64,000 bases of DNA. It comes from Hydrolagus affinis. Taxonomy: Eukaryota. Below are positions 49,704 to 61,300 of this stretch, piece by piece (the stretch's first letter is position 1; each line of letters begins with the position of its first letter). A program made the position numbers and the translations under genes. The notes below the pieces were generated by a model. That model was not told the origin of the DNA. It saw only the letters and a program-made list of their open reading frames with translations, and made no database searches. The stretch lies in the NCBI GenBank assembly GCA_012026655.1, contig JAAILG010000389.1:1-64000 (forward strand). The letters are read 5' to 3'.

Positions 49704-50445
49704 GTAGTCCTGCAGCTCAGCGGTTAGAGTACTCGCCTTGCAAGTGAGTAATCGACAGCAAGATCCTCACACTCTTGTTCAAAAACATTGACTCTCTGGC
49801 ACCACCCTAGCTCTCCAAACTCCTCACTCCCCAATCCACCACCCGGCGCCTCCACTCGACTGCCACTGACTGCCTGCTTGTCCCTCACTTGACCGTTGGA
49901 AGTCGCATTTTCAGCACCTATGCCCGAAAACCCTGGAACGAGCTCCCTCAATCCCTCCACCATGTCCCCTCTCCCCCTCTTTCAAGTCCTGCCAGAAAAA
50001 CTTTCCTCTTCGACCGTGCTTACAGCCATCGCTTCCCTCCCTTTGGCTTGGAGTCAACTTCCACACTGTTAAGCGCTCTGAGCTGCTGCCCTGCGTGGAA
50101 GCAAATGCAAGTTGTTGTTGTTGCAAGCCGGAAGACTTGAGTTCAGTTCCTCAGCAGGGCGAAACGTTGGGCAAGTTTCTTTACTCCACACGCCACTATT
50201 TACCCAGCAGTAAATCAGAACCCAGTTGTTAGTCGATTATTAATAATCCCTTAGCAAACTAAAAATAATAATTTGGTCACTCAATCTACGACTGCTTGTC
50301 GGACACTGGTGTGTGCAATTGGCTGCCACATTTCACCCACATCGTACACAGTCAATTCACTTTACTGTACATTCTGGGAAGCGCTTGGAGACATCTCGAA
50401 GTCGAGATAAGATGTTATGTCAGATACAACAATTATTATCATTAT
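49704..50445 (+). mobile_element. tRNA-derived SINE interrupted by a nested L2 3' fragment (49745-50120)
   Basis: The SINE head breaks at TTGCAAG (49738-49744) and resumes after TTGCAAG (50121-50127), a 7-bp target-site duplication. The insert has L2 motifs and a (GTT)n tail. Confidence 0.9.
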
Positions 50446-51029
50446 TCACCTTACTTTGAAGTAGCTGCACATTTGTAGCCATTTGCTGCCCAGATATTAA
50501 AAAAAGGAATGCATATTTAATCAGCACATTAGTTTTAATGCACCAAACTATAGTTAGTATTGACTGTTAACTGCCCTATTTCTCTGTCTATGATCATTTT
50601 CCTTGAGGATAATTGCTTTGTTTTTCCCACAGGCAAAATATCCATCACTTTAATCCTCCAGATGATTTGCCCACATCCAAACATGTACAGAAACAAATGC
50701 AGCCTGTAAAATATTGTTGTTGGCTTCAATCATCCTAAAGTTGTCTTGGAGAGCACTGGAATGTCTAGGGTGTAAAAATAACCTAACATTTCCAGGCATT
50801 TTTATTCTAGTAAGTGCTTTTTACAGATGCTGAACCGTGCAAAAATAGAAAATAAACTGATCATTTCAATCCACGACTGTTTGTGGTACACTGCTGTGCT
50901 CAATTGGATGCTGCGTTTCGCCCCAAAATAATACAGTCAATTCACTTTAGAGTATATAATGTGAAGCACTTTGAGACGTCCAGAAGACGTGAAAAGCACT
51001 CTGTCAAATGCAAGGATTATTATTATAAA

Positions 51030-51405
51030 CCTGCCCAACCCGTATAACTATCTACTTCAGTCATTAAATTGGCTTCCACCACCCTTCCGGGCAACGCATT
51101 CCAGATCCGAACAACTCGCTGCATGAAGAAATTTCTCCTACACTCCCCTGTGTTCCATTTAGCAACTATTTTAAATTAGTATCCTCGGATTACTGACCCA
51201 CCTGCCAGTGGAAACAGTTTCTCCCTGTTCACCCTATTGATTCCCCTGATAATTTTGGAATCTTTTATTAAGTCTCCGTCTCTGTTCCAAGGAGAATAAT
51301 CCTAGCTGCTCTGGCCTCTCCTGACAACTGAAGTCCGTCATTCCTGGTACCTTCCTGGCAAATCTCCTGTGCGCCTTCTCTAATGCCTTGGCATCTTTCC
51401 TCATG
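51030..51405 (-). mobile_element. CR1 LINE ORF2 C-terminal fragment
   Basis: Minus strand encodes ...NREKLFPLAGGSVIRG...CRRNFFMQRVVRIWNALPGRVVEA. Confidence 0.85.
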
Positions 51406-53869
51406 CTTTTTATAAGACTTAAAGTAACCTTGCGATTCTTACACTAATTCTAAACCTCAAGGCAAAATCGTCTCTTGTTGCAAATCCCTAATGACAGCAG
51501 TCAAGTCCTGAGACCATAATGGACTTCAAAATGGACTTCAAATCAACATGATGTGTTCCGACATGCAACGACTAAATTATTAAAAACACACCATCATCTG
51601 CCTGGAAGCTGGAATTCAAGGGCCACAGAGCTAATTGTAACACTTCTAAAACAAGGGCAAATAAGCAAGACTGGTCTTGTGGCAAACCTTGGCGTCTTTA
51701 GAATGTTTTGGTGCTGTTGAAGTACGGTGAAATGCAGAGAATTTCAAAGTGGTTGGGAGTTTTTTTTATGTGAGGGTTCGGATTGATTTGTTCGTTCAAT
51801 GGGAGCCAATTTCCCCCCTTTGACAGCGTGGTGAGATTGTGGCTTGCTCCATTCATTTTGTGTAAATATCGGTTTACTTCAAAAGGGCGCATAGTGTGAG
51901 TTGCTCACCTCGACCGTTTTCCAAGCACAAAGCTCTGACATCCATCAAATCACTTCTTAACTGGCCTTTTATTGGGAAGGATTAGCCACACAAAAGCCCA
52001 GGTTAATTCATTTGACATTTGCAGTGTGACAATGTTAGGTGCATTCCGGTGCATGTGACTGCACATCCCAGGCAAAGGAGACTTGAACGCGTGGCTAACT
52101 GCTTTACATCAAGGTTTATCTCCAATGGAGTTTCTTGTCGATTAACTAAAAAGAAAGCCAGATGGGGATTTAGTAATGTTCTGTGCTATGTTATGCAGGC
52201 TTGGTACAGATGTTACTGTGATCAAACCATTACCAATCCCAATATAATTGTATAAGCACATTTAACAATGTTAAAATCTTATTTTGCCAGCCCTATTACA
52301 CAGAAAATCATCTCACTTTCAGCAGCGCTTCCTGATTAATATTTTAACCAGGATGTCTGATCCATCAATTGACTGGCTAACATCTGGAAGAGATCAGATG
52401 AGCAATGACTTATCTATCTGAATCATCTGGCTCTGTTTAGTGAGGCAGAGACCCCACGTGGCCTTGTGTGACCTCAAAGGAAGCGGCTTGAATTTCCACA
52501 GCACAAGCCAGATCCAGAAATGCAAGATCTTTCGGTGAACACCTGCCATGGAGGTGTGACTGCAAGGAGTGTGTGACTAAGATCCCTCCACACCTAATCC
52601 CATGTATTTTGATGCCCTACTTGAAATTCTATGCCTTTAACCTGATTTATACAAGTTCACAGTGCTGACATCAACTTAGCAATCGATTTAACAAGATTTC
52701 CTGAATTATTTGAATCCCTTCTTGTCAGGGAGGAGTGATCGTCATGCATGTTGTACATCAGGCTTTTGCCTGCTAAATACAGTTACTACACTTTTTTACA
52801 GTAAATCCTATGAAGCACATTGAGATGTTCTCCCTACATGAAAAGCACGATATCAAATGCAAGGATTATTATTATTATTGTTGTTGCCCATATCAAGTGT
52901 TAAATACAATTGAATTCCTAACTACAAACCAAACTAAATAACACATTGAAGGAAAGCAATGTCAGGAATCAGCTCACAATGCTGTGAAACTTGCTTTTGA
53001 GAAAACAAGTACATTTCTGTATCCTCCTGAGGGATTATTCTCTCAACTGACTATGAATAAGGGAAGAATGTCACCAGATTTGCAGGCTAATGCATTACTT
53101 TAGTGCAAACAATAAAAAAACACAAAACTATTTGGCCTGAAGATTGTACAGGGAGCTTGACTCGGCAATCGTTGCCCAACCAATTCCTCAAAAATCAATA
53201 TTTACTGTATATTGTTCCAGGCATTAATTCGTTATCAGTCCTAATAGACTGGCTAATATGATCTTAAAAATAAGGCTTAACAGCTTCCACGAGTGCCAAA
53301 ACACTCTAAATTCTAATTGAACTCAACATGTTGCCCATTCTGTCCAATATACCAACAATAACAACTTGCCCTTATACAGTGGAGCAACATATTGGAGCAC
53401 TTAACTCAGTCTTCAACACATTTACAAATCTCAAACTAATCTACGATCAATGCATTCCCCTTATTCGCCTCTCCTAAACGTCTCTATTCCCTTCTTTCTC
53501 AACTACGCAGACAGCTTACTCTTAAATGAATTGACTGGTTCTCTGTTGTAGCTACAATCCACTCATTTCCCATGCAAATGTTTCACGTTGACTTCTGCCA
53601 AGTTGAATATTTTTTTTTTAAAAAGTTTTTTTGTTCCAGTTGGGTGGTTACGCTTGAATGCAGATCAATAGTTAAAATTCTTAGCTAAAGGGCAAAGAAT
53701 ACTGCAACAAAACTCAGGGCCTGAAGGTCACAGAGCCGATCTTGAACATTTCATTGTTCAAGCTCATTCACTGTCACAGGTTCGGTTCAATTGTTGCAAG
53801 TCGAACCAAGAGGAAATCCCTTGAACGTTAGTGGGGCTTACCAGAGTAAAATCAGAACTAAAACCTTAC

Positions 53870-54075
53870 CTGTTCCACTGTTTATTTCACACGAGTGTGA
53901 CTCTATATTCAGGCTGGTACAAACAGAATGCTTATCCTGCCTGGGCCAGCTGTTGCCTGGAAACAGAAGAGCTAATAGAGCTCCAGTGGTATCTGATGTC
54001 ATTTTTCCAGCATCCGCCACATCTTTAAAGTGTTTGGGCATGCCCAACCTATTATCAGTAATCAGGACCGCCCCA
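53870..54075 (-). CDS. Candidate alternative DLGAP4 exon (206 nt, phase 2 to 1)
   Basis: tactctccctgcttgcacag|T...ACAG|gtaagg. 68 open codons, in frame with the exon at 23959. No homology evidence. Confidence 0.4.
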
Positions 54076-54793
54076 CTGTGCAAGCAGGGAGAGTACAGTA
54101 CAAGGCAGGCACGAGTCTGATTATTGTGACTAAGAGAGCAGCTACTGGTCTGGACAAATCAAAGCTTGGCTCACGTTTTGCCCACAAACTACACAGTCAA
54201 TCCATTTTACAGTATATTGTGTGAAGCACTTTGAGACATATGAACAACATAAGTCAAATATACCAGGATTTTTATTATAAGGCTGAACAGAAAAGGAGAG
54301 GGAATGGGATCGGTGGCCGCCTCGCCTTAAGCTCGCCTTAAGCTTTTGAGGTCATTCTTTAACTCACAATGTTAAGTTGGCTTAAATATTGTCAAAAAAA
54401 AATCCTTTGACTCAAGTTTCAACTTCCAAACCTCTCTATTCTGTAATTCTTGTTTTAGAAAAATAAGGCAGGATTTTCTTTCATACTTTTGCGCGAGCTT
54501 AACATGTTCGGATGAAATGTTCTCAACAGGCTAAGACGTCCATGCCTAGAAGGAGACATTCAGTGACGGTCTGGAATAGATGGGGCTGGGTGCTAGTTCG
54601 CTGCATGGTGCGTTTTCCTAATGTGGTTCCATTGCCTTCTCGATGTGATAGCAAAAACAAGCCTTTGTGTACAACTGGCATTGTGCCGTGTTGGCGTATA
54701 ATGTGCCCAAGCCACTGGTGACAGAAGCCAACATTCTGATGATGCAATAAATATTGTGACATAAAACAGTAGGGTATTTGAAGAAAAGCTTAC

Positions 54794-54834
54794 CTTATTC
54801 TAAAATACATGAGCACATGCATTAAAAGGTTCAT
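54794..54834 (-). CDS. Candidate alternative first coding exon (MNLLMHVLMYFRI, phase 2)
   Basis: atcATGAAC...ATAAG|gtaagc. The phase matches the candidate exon at 54075. Confidence 0.35.
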
Positions 54835-56759
54835 GATGAATACAACCCCCCCCCCTTTCTTCCTCCGCCTTCCCTCACCACTTGTTTCACCTGTCACACT
54901 ATTGCAAGGAAAACATATTCCCGCAACTTATCTTTCATGTCAATAAACGGTACTTTGCCCTGGACGATGTTTGTAGAAAATATTTTTCCTCCAACAGAAG
55001 AGGTAAAACTGGGTCAATGTCAGTGAGTGAGGCTAGAGAAGGAAATGCTGCTTCTTGTGCAGAAGGGCTGTCAGAACGCATTAAAAAGTACAAGAAAGCG
55101 TCCCGTGATGGGTGACATTGCCTTGGACATGATTAATTATTCACATGCAAATGGCACAGCTTCAGTTTCACTTGTGGCTCACAGTTCAGAGTACTGGTGT
55201 TAAATAGAGAGCCTCATGTGCTTCTGCCGATCTGGCAAAATTGCGCACTGTGAATTAATTGCCAAATTATCCACGAGCGATCGAATAAATAGTGTTGAAC
55301 ACTGACCGAGAGCTGCTGGGGACCCACGGCCCTCGTGATGAGTGCAATATTTCATCCCAAACTCTTACAAGACAAATAAGTACTGCCAAATCTCATGAGT
55401 CTGGTAATCTATGATACTGTTCGACTCTCATGGTATTCATACAGTGTAATATTTTCACTCTGGCACAGAACCCGTGTAGTCTTAACCGCTGCATCAATCT
55501 GCGCTGTCGACAGGAGCTGGGAAGGGAAGAGGACGCCAACCTTTTACAATCAACTGCTTTCGTTCATTTTTCTTTGCATTGCGAGGAATTCTTTTTTTCC
55601 CTTTCGCTGACATTCCCTGCTCCTCTCTTTCCTCCTTCCCCTATTTCTCTTTGTAGGGCACTGAGCCCTGGTGGTATGTGCCATCCCAGCCTAATCTTTT
55701 TCTCACTAGACAATCACTCACCAGCACTCACAGTTTCTAGCAGGGGACAAATGTCACTGGATAGAGATCAGGAGCTGGGACCCTGGCAGATACTTTCCCC
55801 ATTGGCTTAACCCAAGAGGGAGCGAGGGGCAATTACATTGCCATAATTGCTGCTTTGGTTGAGGTCAACTAGCTCAGTACAAACAAGGCCTCAAATCTGT
55901 AATTACAGTTCTGTAATGATCTGCAATCAGTAAACCCATTTGCACATCGCACATGCACTCGATGAACTCTGTTTCTCAGACGAAGTTGACAAGGTCAGCA
56001 ACGCGGAGGATACCCAGTGTTAGAGCAACGACAAGTCAAGCCTTGAGAAAAAACGTCTTGGACGCATATTAAAGATTTTCGAATGGAACTGAAAATAGTA
56101 AACCCAGGACAATACTTAAGGAAGCACCAAGACAGTAAACAAAAACGTTGCAAAGGGGGTGATTTCAACAGAGACACCAGGAAGGTTCTCTTTAAGGAAG
56201 GTAGTTAATAACTGAAACAAGCCAGGATGGATGGATGAGGTCAGGATACCACAACTCATTTGAAAAACAGCTTGATGCTCTAATGAGAAGACTGCAGAGT
56301 AAGTATTCTGGAAGGGTGAGATTTAAAGGAGCCAAAGGGCCTCTCTTTATCCAAAGTCAACTTGTGATCTTGTGATTGTTAGATTCTAATCATAGAATCA
56401 TACAAGTCATTGAATATTTCAGCACAGAAGAAGACCAATCATGCCTGTACCGGCTCTTTGGAAGAGCTACCCAATCAGTCCTACTCGCCTGCTCTTTCCC
56501 ATCTTTGCAAATCTTTCCACAGATTGCTGCATTCCACAGACTGCCTCAGTCATGAAACATATAAGAGACTCTTGGAAAGTTTGTGCCTCAGCAAATTGGG
56601 ATATGGCTTCAGTCATTACCTTGCGAGGAGATAGACAGAGAGAGATAGTGTTTGGGTTATGGGAGAAAAAGCAGGATGTCATTGCACTTCTGTTTTATTG
56701 TAAACTGGTTTTAGAGAACAGGCTCTAACCAGCGATGTCTGCAAACTCAATTTGTTGCC

Positions 56760-57050
56760 TTTACTGTAAATAACAGCCAATGGGAAGTATGGGTGAGCAG
56801 TTATATCACCATGACGGCCATTTTGAATCAGTGATTGACAGGAGAGACATATCATCGTGGAAACAACTGCTTTAGTGTGCCAGCGTGAATGATGCCGCCT
56901 TTACCCAGCACCCAAGTGGCACGGTTGCCATCAACTCCGCCGTCAGAAGCTATGGTAGCTATTATCTCTTGCCCACCCTGTGCCTTCCTTCCCCTCAAAA
57001 AAAATAGCCGCCATTTTATCATGCTGCAAGCAATCAGTAAAGCAGGGTTT
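56760..57050. promoter_or_regulatory. Candidate enhancer (motif cluster)
   Basis: CCAAT at 56777, PBX-MEIS/PREP TGATTGACAG at 56832-56841, RFX-like GTTGCCATCAAC at 56924-56935, YY1 GCCGCCATTTT at 57007-57017 and CGGCCATTTT at 56815-56824. Locally CpG-retaining. Confidence 0.4.
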
Positions 57051-57799
57051 TAACTCGGATGTAATGATAGTGATTTCGGTTTCCGTGAAGACCGTATCTA
57101 TTATCGGACACTGCACACAAGTGTAGAGCTGGTTAATGACTGCGTGTGCATCAACTGCTTTTGTTGTGCTTCCTGAACTGAACTGTTCTCAGTTTGTGGT
57201 GATATTTCAAAGCCCTTCTGATTCAGCCCACACAGACATTCTAATTTAAGAATGCCTCAGTACTAGAAATCCGAGCTGTATTCTGCCATTATTATCCCAC
57301 AAGTAAGGGGAACCAAATAATTCAGCACTGTGGTTGCGAGTGAGAACATTGAGTCCATTCTCATATGTTGCTAAGTCCTGAATCCCTCATCTCGGCTGCG
57401 AATGAGCTTCCCATTGAATACTATTTTAATTGTGTGTAGATCTAGAAGCGGAGAAATTCTTCCGGTTTCAGTTTCCGATGCCAGCACAAGAACAAAGGAG
57501 GGCATGGAAATGAGGAAAGGCCTAGTGACCCATCAAATCCCACTCTTTCCACATAAACTCCCTCTCCTCCCCTCCCACCGTCCTACCTCTCCCTTTACTG
57601 AGGACATCATCCCACCCACTCAATGTGGGGAATGATATACTGTACATTGAGAGCACCTGAACCTAAAAGTCAACCAAGTAAAAAAAAATCCATGACAAAA
57701 TTCCATCCCAACCTCTCTACTCCTCGCCTTCTCTATACAAGCAACATTCTTCCCCCTCCTACCAGCACAGAGGCCACTGTGGAATAGTTGAAATACCAA

Positions 57800-58128
57800 A
57801 GTGCTACATGGTTTGAGGCTCCATCCTGGGATGAGATGTTTAACTGAGGTCTCATCTCCCTTGGATTCAGACGTTCGTTAAAGATCCCGCTCTTCTGAAG
57901 AAGAACAAGGTGCTCTCTTGGTGACTCGGCCAATAGTCCTCCCTCGTCTAAATTCACCCAAACCAGATCACTTGTTCAACAGGTCACTGTTGTTTGTGGC
58001 ATGTTGCGGCTGCAGATTAACTCTCACGTGCGCTTACAAGTTAAGAGTCACCGCACTTCAAAGTCGCTCGTTGTGTGAAGTGCTTTGAGATGTTTCAGTG
58101 TGGCAAGGCGCTGGGATCAAATGCGAGC
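57800..58128 (+). mobile_element. Ancient DeuSINE (AmnSINE1/SacSINE1-like) copy
   Basis: Ordered motifs GGATGAGATGTTTAACTGAGG, TTAAAGATCCC, GAAGAAGA.CA.GG, GGCCAATA..CCTCCCTC, CAGAT, TGTTTGTGG, CACTTCAAAG and GTGAAGTGCTTTGAGA match the Deu-domain consensus as recalled. Confidence 0.75.
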
Positions 58129-58529
58129 ATTTATTGAATTATTTATTTAAAAGAGTCTTTGATTTCTTTCAAAATTCCGCACTCTTTATTTCATTGTTAC
58201 ACAACTCTGGTTAATTTGTACATGCCACAAATTCCTACAATATTTTCCTTCTCAATCCTGCAACACTGCCAGCAGTAGAACATTAAAAATGCAGCCCTGG
58301 GTTCTTAGGGCCCAACCTACCGTCCTTCACAGTTTTCTGCAATCTCCTCATTGTACAAGATTCATACACAACCACAAAGAGACAGAAACCAAACCACGAT
58401 GCAACAGCATTTGCCCCATTTGTCTGCAACGAGGGGCCTCAATAAGATAAAAGCTGTTTGATTTGTTTGGTTTTCCTTAATTAAAACAGATCTGTGAAAA
58501 GGAGGTAAAGTGATCTAAAAACGACTTAC

Positions 58530-58620
58530 CCATTGCACAGCTGGAGCAGCACATAGACCCCACTCTGAAGGCATTTAAACAAAGCAGCTCAAACCGGACA
58601 TAACATAGACATTGGCTCAT
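58530..58620 (-). CDS. Candidate Cys-rich alternative first exon of DLGAP4
   Basis: acaATGAGC...GCAATGG|gtaagt. 30 codons plus 1 nt (phase 1): MSQCLCYVRFELLCLNAFRVGSMCCSSCAM, in frame with the exon at 23959. Confidence 0.5.
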
Positions 58621-59383
58621 TGTTCAGGTATTGTGTGGTTGATTCCACAGACTGTTTAAATATGATATTGCACAATGAGGTGGGTGTCAATTCTCTGGCT
58701 ATAGCATGATACCATTTTGGTTATACATTTGTTGTATTTCATGAGCTTGACACACGTCCGATTGCTGTTCGAAGCCGGCTGCCACTGGAAGCGAAGGTTG
58801 AGCGTTCCGAACTTACATCACACATCGACAGAGTAATTAGAATAATGTTCAAAGTTACAATTGTTTCCAAGCACACACATCGCACAAGTATCAGGCTACG
58901 TCAGACTCAAAACTACCCCCGGGTGCGCGAGAGACGGTCACATTTTTTTTGGACCTGTTTAATTCATGTGAGCAGATGCTTTGCGTTTCAGGGAAATAGA
59001 ATATACTATGAAATACCATGAGATATGATTGCGATTCCACTCCTGGCGCTGATTTCAGCTCACTTGGAACTGTGCTGGTACCAAGTGATGAGTTCAGTCC
59101 AATCATCTGGTTTTGCCATACCCCATGGGTCTCCATATAATATCCTACAATCATAGAAATTTACAGCACAGAAGAAGGCCATTCATTTGGCCCTATTGTC
59201 TAAAGAGCAAGCGTTTTGATGCTGCAATACCAAATATCACAATATTAACGAACCCTATCTGGTGAAACACAAAGATGTCCTGCCTGAAATTGACTTGCTA
59301 TATGGATGTGGACACCTCATTTTCCAGCCGTTACAGGAACATTGCATACTTGATGGGAGTTACATTAGGTGTACAGTACTTAC

Positions 59384-59624
59384 TGGTGCTGGTTTGCATG
59401 GTTCTAACCGTGGTAGTTATAGGCGGAGGAGATACAGAACGGACAGATACATTGTCATCATCCTGAGAACAGCCGGCCTGGATAGCTCTGAGATAGCTGT
59501 GACTCCTTGATCGGAAACAGCCAGGGATGGGTAGGTCCAGAGCATCCACTGCTTGGGATTCCATCTCGTTGAAGACTGCCTCGCAGACATTGTCAAACTG
59601 ATCGTTCATCTCGACCTCTCTCTC
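59384..59624 (-). CDS. DLGAP4: DLGAP4 coding exon, 241 nt
   Basis: tttcctcttcag|GAG...ACCA|gtaagt, phase 0 to 1. EREVEMNDQFDNVCEAVFNEMESQAVDALDLPIPGCFRSRSHSYLRAIQAGCSQDDDNVSVRSVSPPPITTTVRTMQTST, containing the GK-binding repeat RSHSYLRAI. Confidence 0.96.
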
Positions 59625-60315
59625 CTGAAGAGGAAAGGACACCAAATTGAGGTCAGCCAACTTCGAAAGAGAGTTCTCAAATTCATTCCACGCTTCAACT
59701 AACTTTGCAAAATGTGTTCCTCTTGTCCGTCCTCCACCCACCCACCCACCCTCTCCATTCTTCACAGTTATGTCTTCATGGACACCGGCTATTTCCTGGT
59801 TCCACGTGAAAGTGTTCACTCTTCACATTAGATTTGGAGTGACACCAAGCTACGGAGAAACATCAACATTTTGCCTAAGAACCACACAGTCACTACACTT
59901 GAATCCCGTGAAGCACTTTGAGCCATCAACCCATCATCCTGTTCCCTATGCTGTATATGTGGCAAAGTACATTGCTGTACTACTCAATTACACTCTTGTA
60001 TATTTTCACTGCATTTAAAATTAAATTCCCTTCATTTTATCTCTCCCTTTCTGTCACTTGTTTCAGGCAATGTTTTTTCTCTGTGTCCCTTACCAATGGG
60101 GCTGTTGCATTACAGGAGACTGTATTCTGGACCTCAAGCACCCCAATCAATCGTTTCTAAGTCTTCAAAATGACATTTACAAAGCTGCAGATCTGCTAAC
60201 CAACCGTGTAAGTCCAAATGCCAATATCATAACTGGAAAATCAATTGTCTTTGCCGTTTCAGCTGAAAGTTAATGTAACCAGTGGCTCTGCTCAGCTCAC
60301 AAAGGCCACACTCAC

Positions 60316-60466
60316 CTGCATGATCGAAGTGGTGGACCGGATAGTGTCTAGACCCATTCCGTAGTCTGTGTTCCATCTGCGGAATTGAGGTGAATTCAGC
60401 CCCTCTGTATCCAGGCAATCGAGACTCCTGTTGATGGCCTCACTCACTGATGCGAGGTAGCTGTGG
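60316..60466 (-). CDS. DLGAP4: DLGAP4 coding exon, 151 nt
   Basis: ttaccacag|C...ATGCAG|gtgagt, phase 2 to 0. HSYLASVSEAINRSLDCLDTEGLNSPQFRRWNTDYGMGLDTIRSTTSIMQ, similar to DLGAP1/4 SHSYL..VSE..INRSLD.LD. A tandem acceptor 6 nt downstream is also possible. Confidence 0.9.
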
Positions 60467-60504
60467 CTGTGGTAACACAAGGAACAGGAGGTAGTTCTTT
60501 AATC

Positions 60505-60800
60505 ATAATAATAAAAATAATAATAATCCTTGCATTTGATATTGCGCCTTATCACGTCGTTGAGATATCCCAAAGCGCTTGATAGAGTATATTGCAAAAT
60601 CAAATGACTGTGCGTTCTTGTGGGCATACGACAGTGTTCCAGAAACAGTTGTGGATTGAGTGGGCTAATTTTTTTAGGAGGGTTTATTGCCCCCGGAAAG
60701 CAATCCGCCAATTGACTAACAACCAAGTCCCTGCTTATTGCTAGGTAAACTGCGGAGCGTGGAGTAAGACAATTTGCCTCAGGTTTTTCCGCACGGCGCC
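60505..60800 (-). mobile_element. tRNA-derived SINE (5'-truncated)
   Basis: Family core and tail. Confidence 0.85.
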
Positions 60801-61161
60801 TGGGAAACTTTGGCAGGTTGCAACCATCAAACTTGTCCCGCTCTATCTCTAGATAATTGTTGTTGTTGTAGACCTGAGCAGGTTGAAAAAAAACAAAGAC
60901 TGTGCAGAAAGCAAGTCTTTTGAGGACGTGTATCTCCCTGCGCCCATTTCAACCTGTTAATCTGACATGTTGGTAAAACCATTTCCAGTGCAAAAAAAAC
61001 ATCTATTCTGAGCTGAGCAAATGTGCTTTCAAAGATATTTGGCTTATTGAATGACTGATGTTATCAGTGCCAATTTAAAGTGCTTATGAAGGTATTAGCA
61101 TTACACAGCATACACAGCAGCTGTATGTTTTATATGTCCACATCCTTCCGATGTGAAACAA

Positions 61162-61300
61162 GCACAACAACAAAATTACATTTATAGAACGCCTTTCACA
61201 TTGGGAGGATGTCCCAAGGCACTGAACAGTCAGGTCAGAACCTGAGCAAGGGAGAGACGGCAGGTTAGGGGGGAGCGGAGGGAGAGAGTTGGGAGGGAAG
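61162..61300 (-). mobile_element. L2 3' tail; a further L2 piece lies at about 61605-61720
   Basis: Tail consensus match. Minus-strand LPQSLCLAPSLPLFKTRL..FLFDRAYG. Confidence 0.75.

Noticed and set aside
54794-54799. 6-nt microexon AATAAG
   Set aside because: In the phase-1 DLGAP4 intron it creates a TAA stop. The donor is better explained as the end of a longer first exon.
19382-60466. Assignment to DLGAP1, 2 or 3
   Set aside because: Diagnostic segments (RAIQAGCSQ, TTSKPFISVTVQSSTESAQDTYLD.QDHKS, KRKLSSIGIQVDC, ETKENNLSEE, SQKFQQF.GLCEQNL) fit DLGAP4, although the 5' exons keep DLGAP1-like residues.
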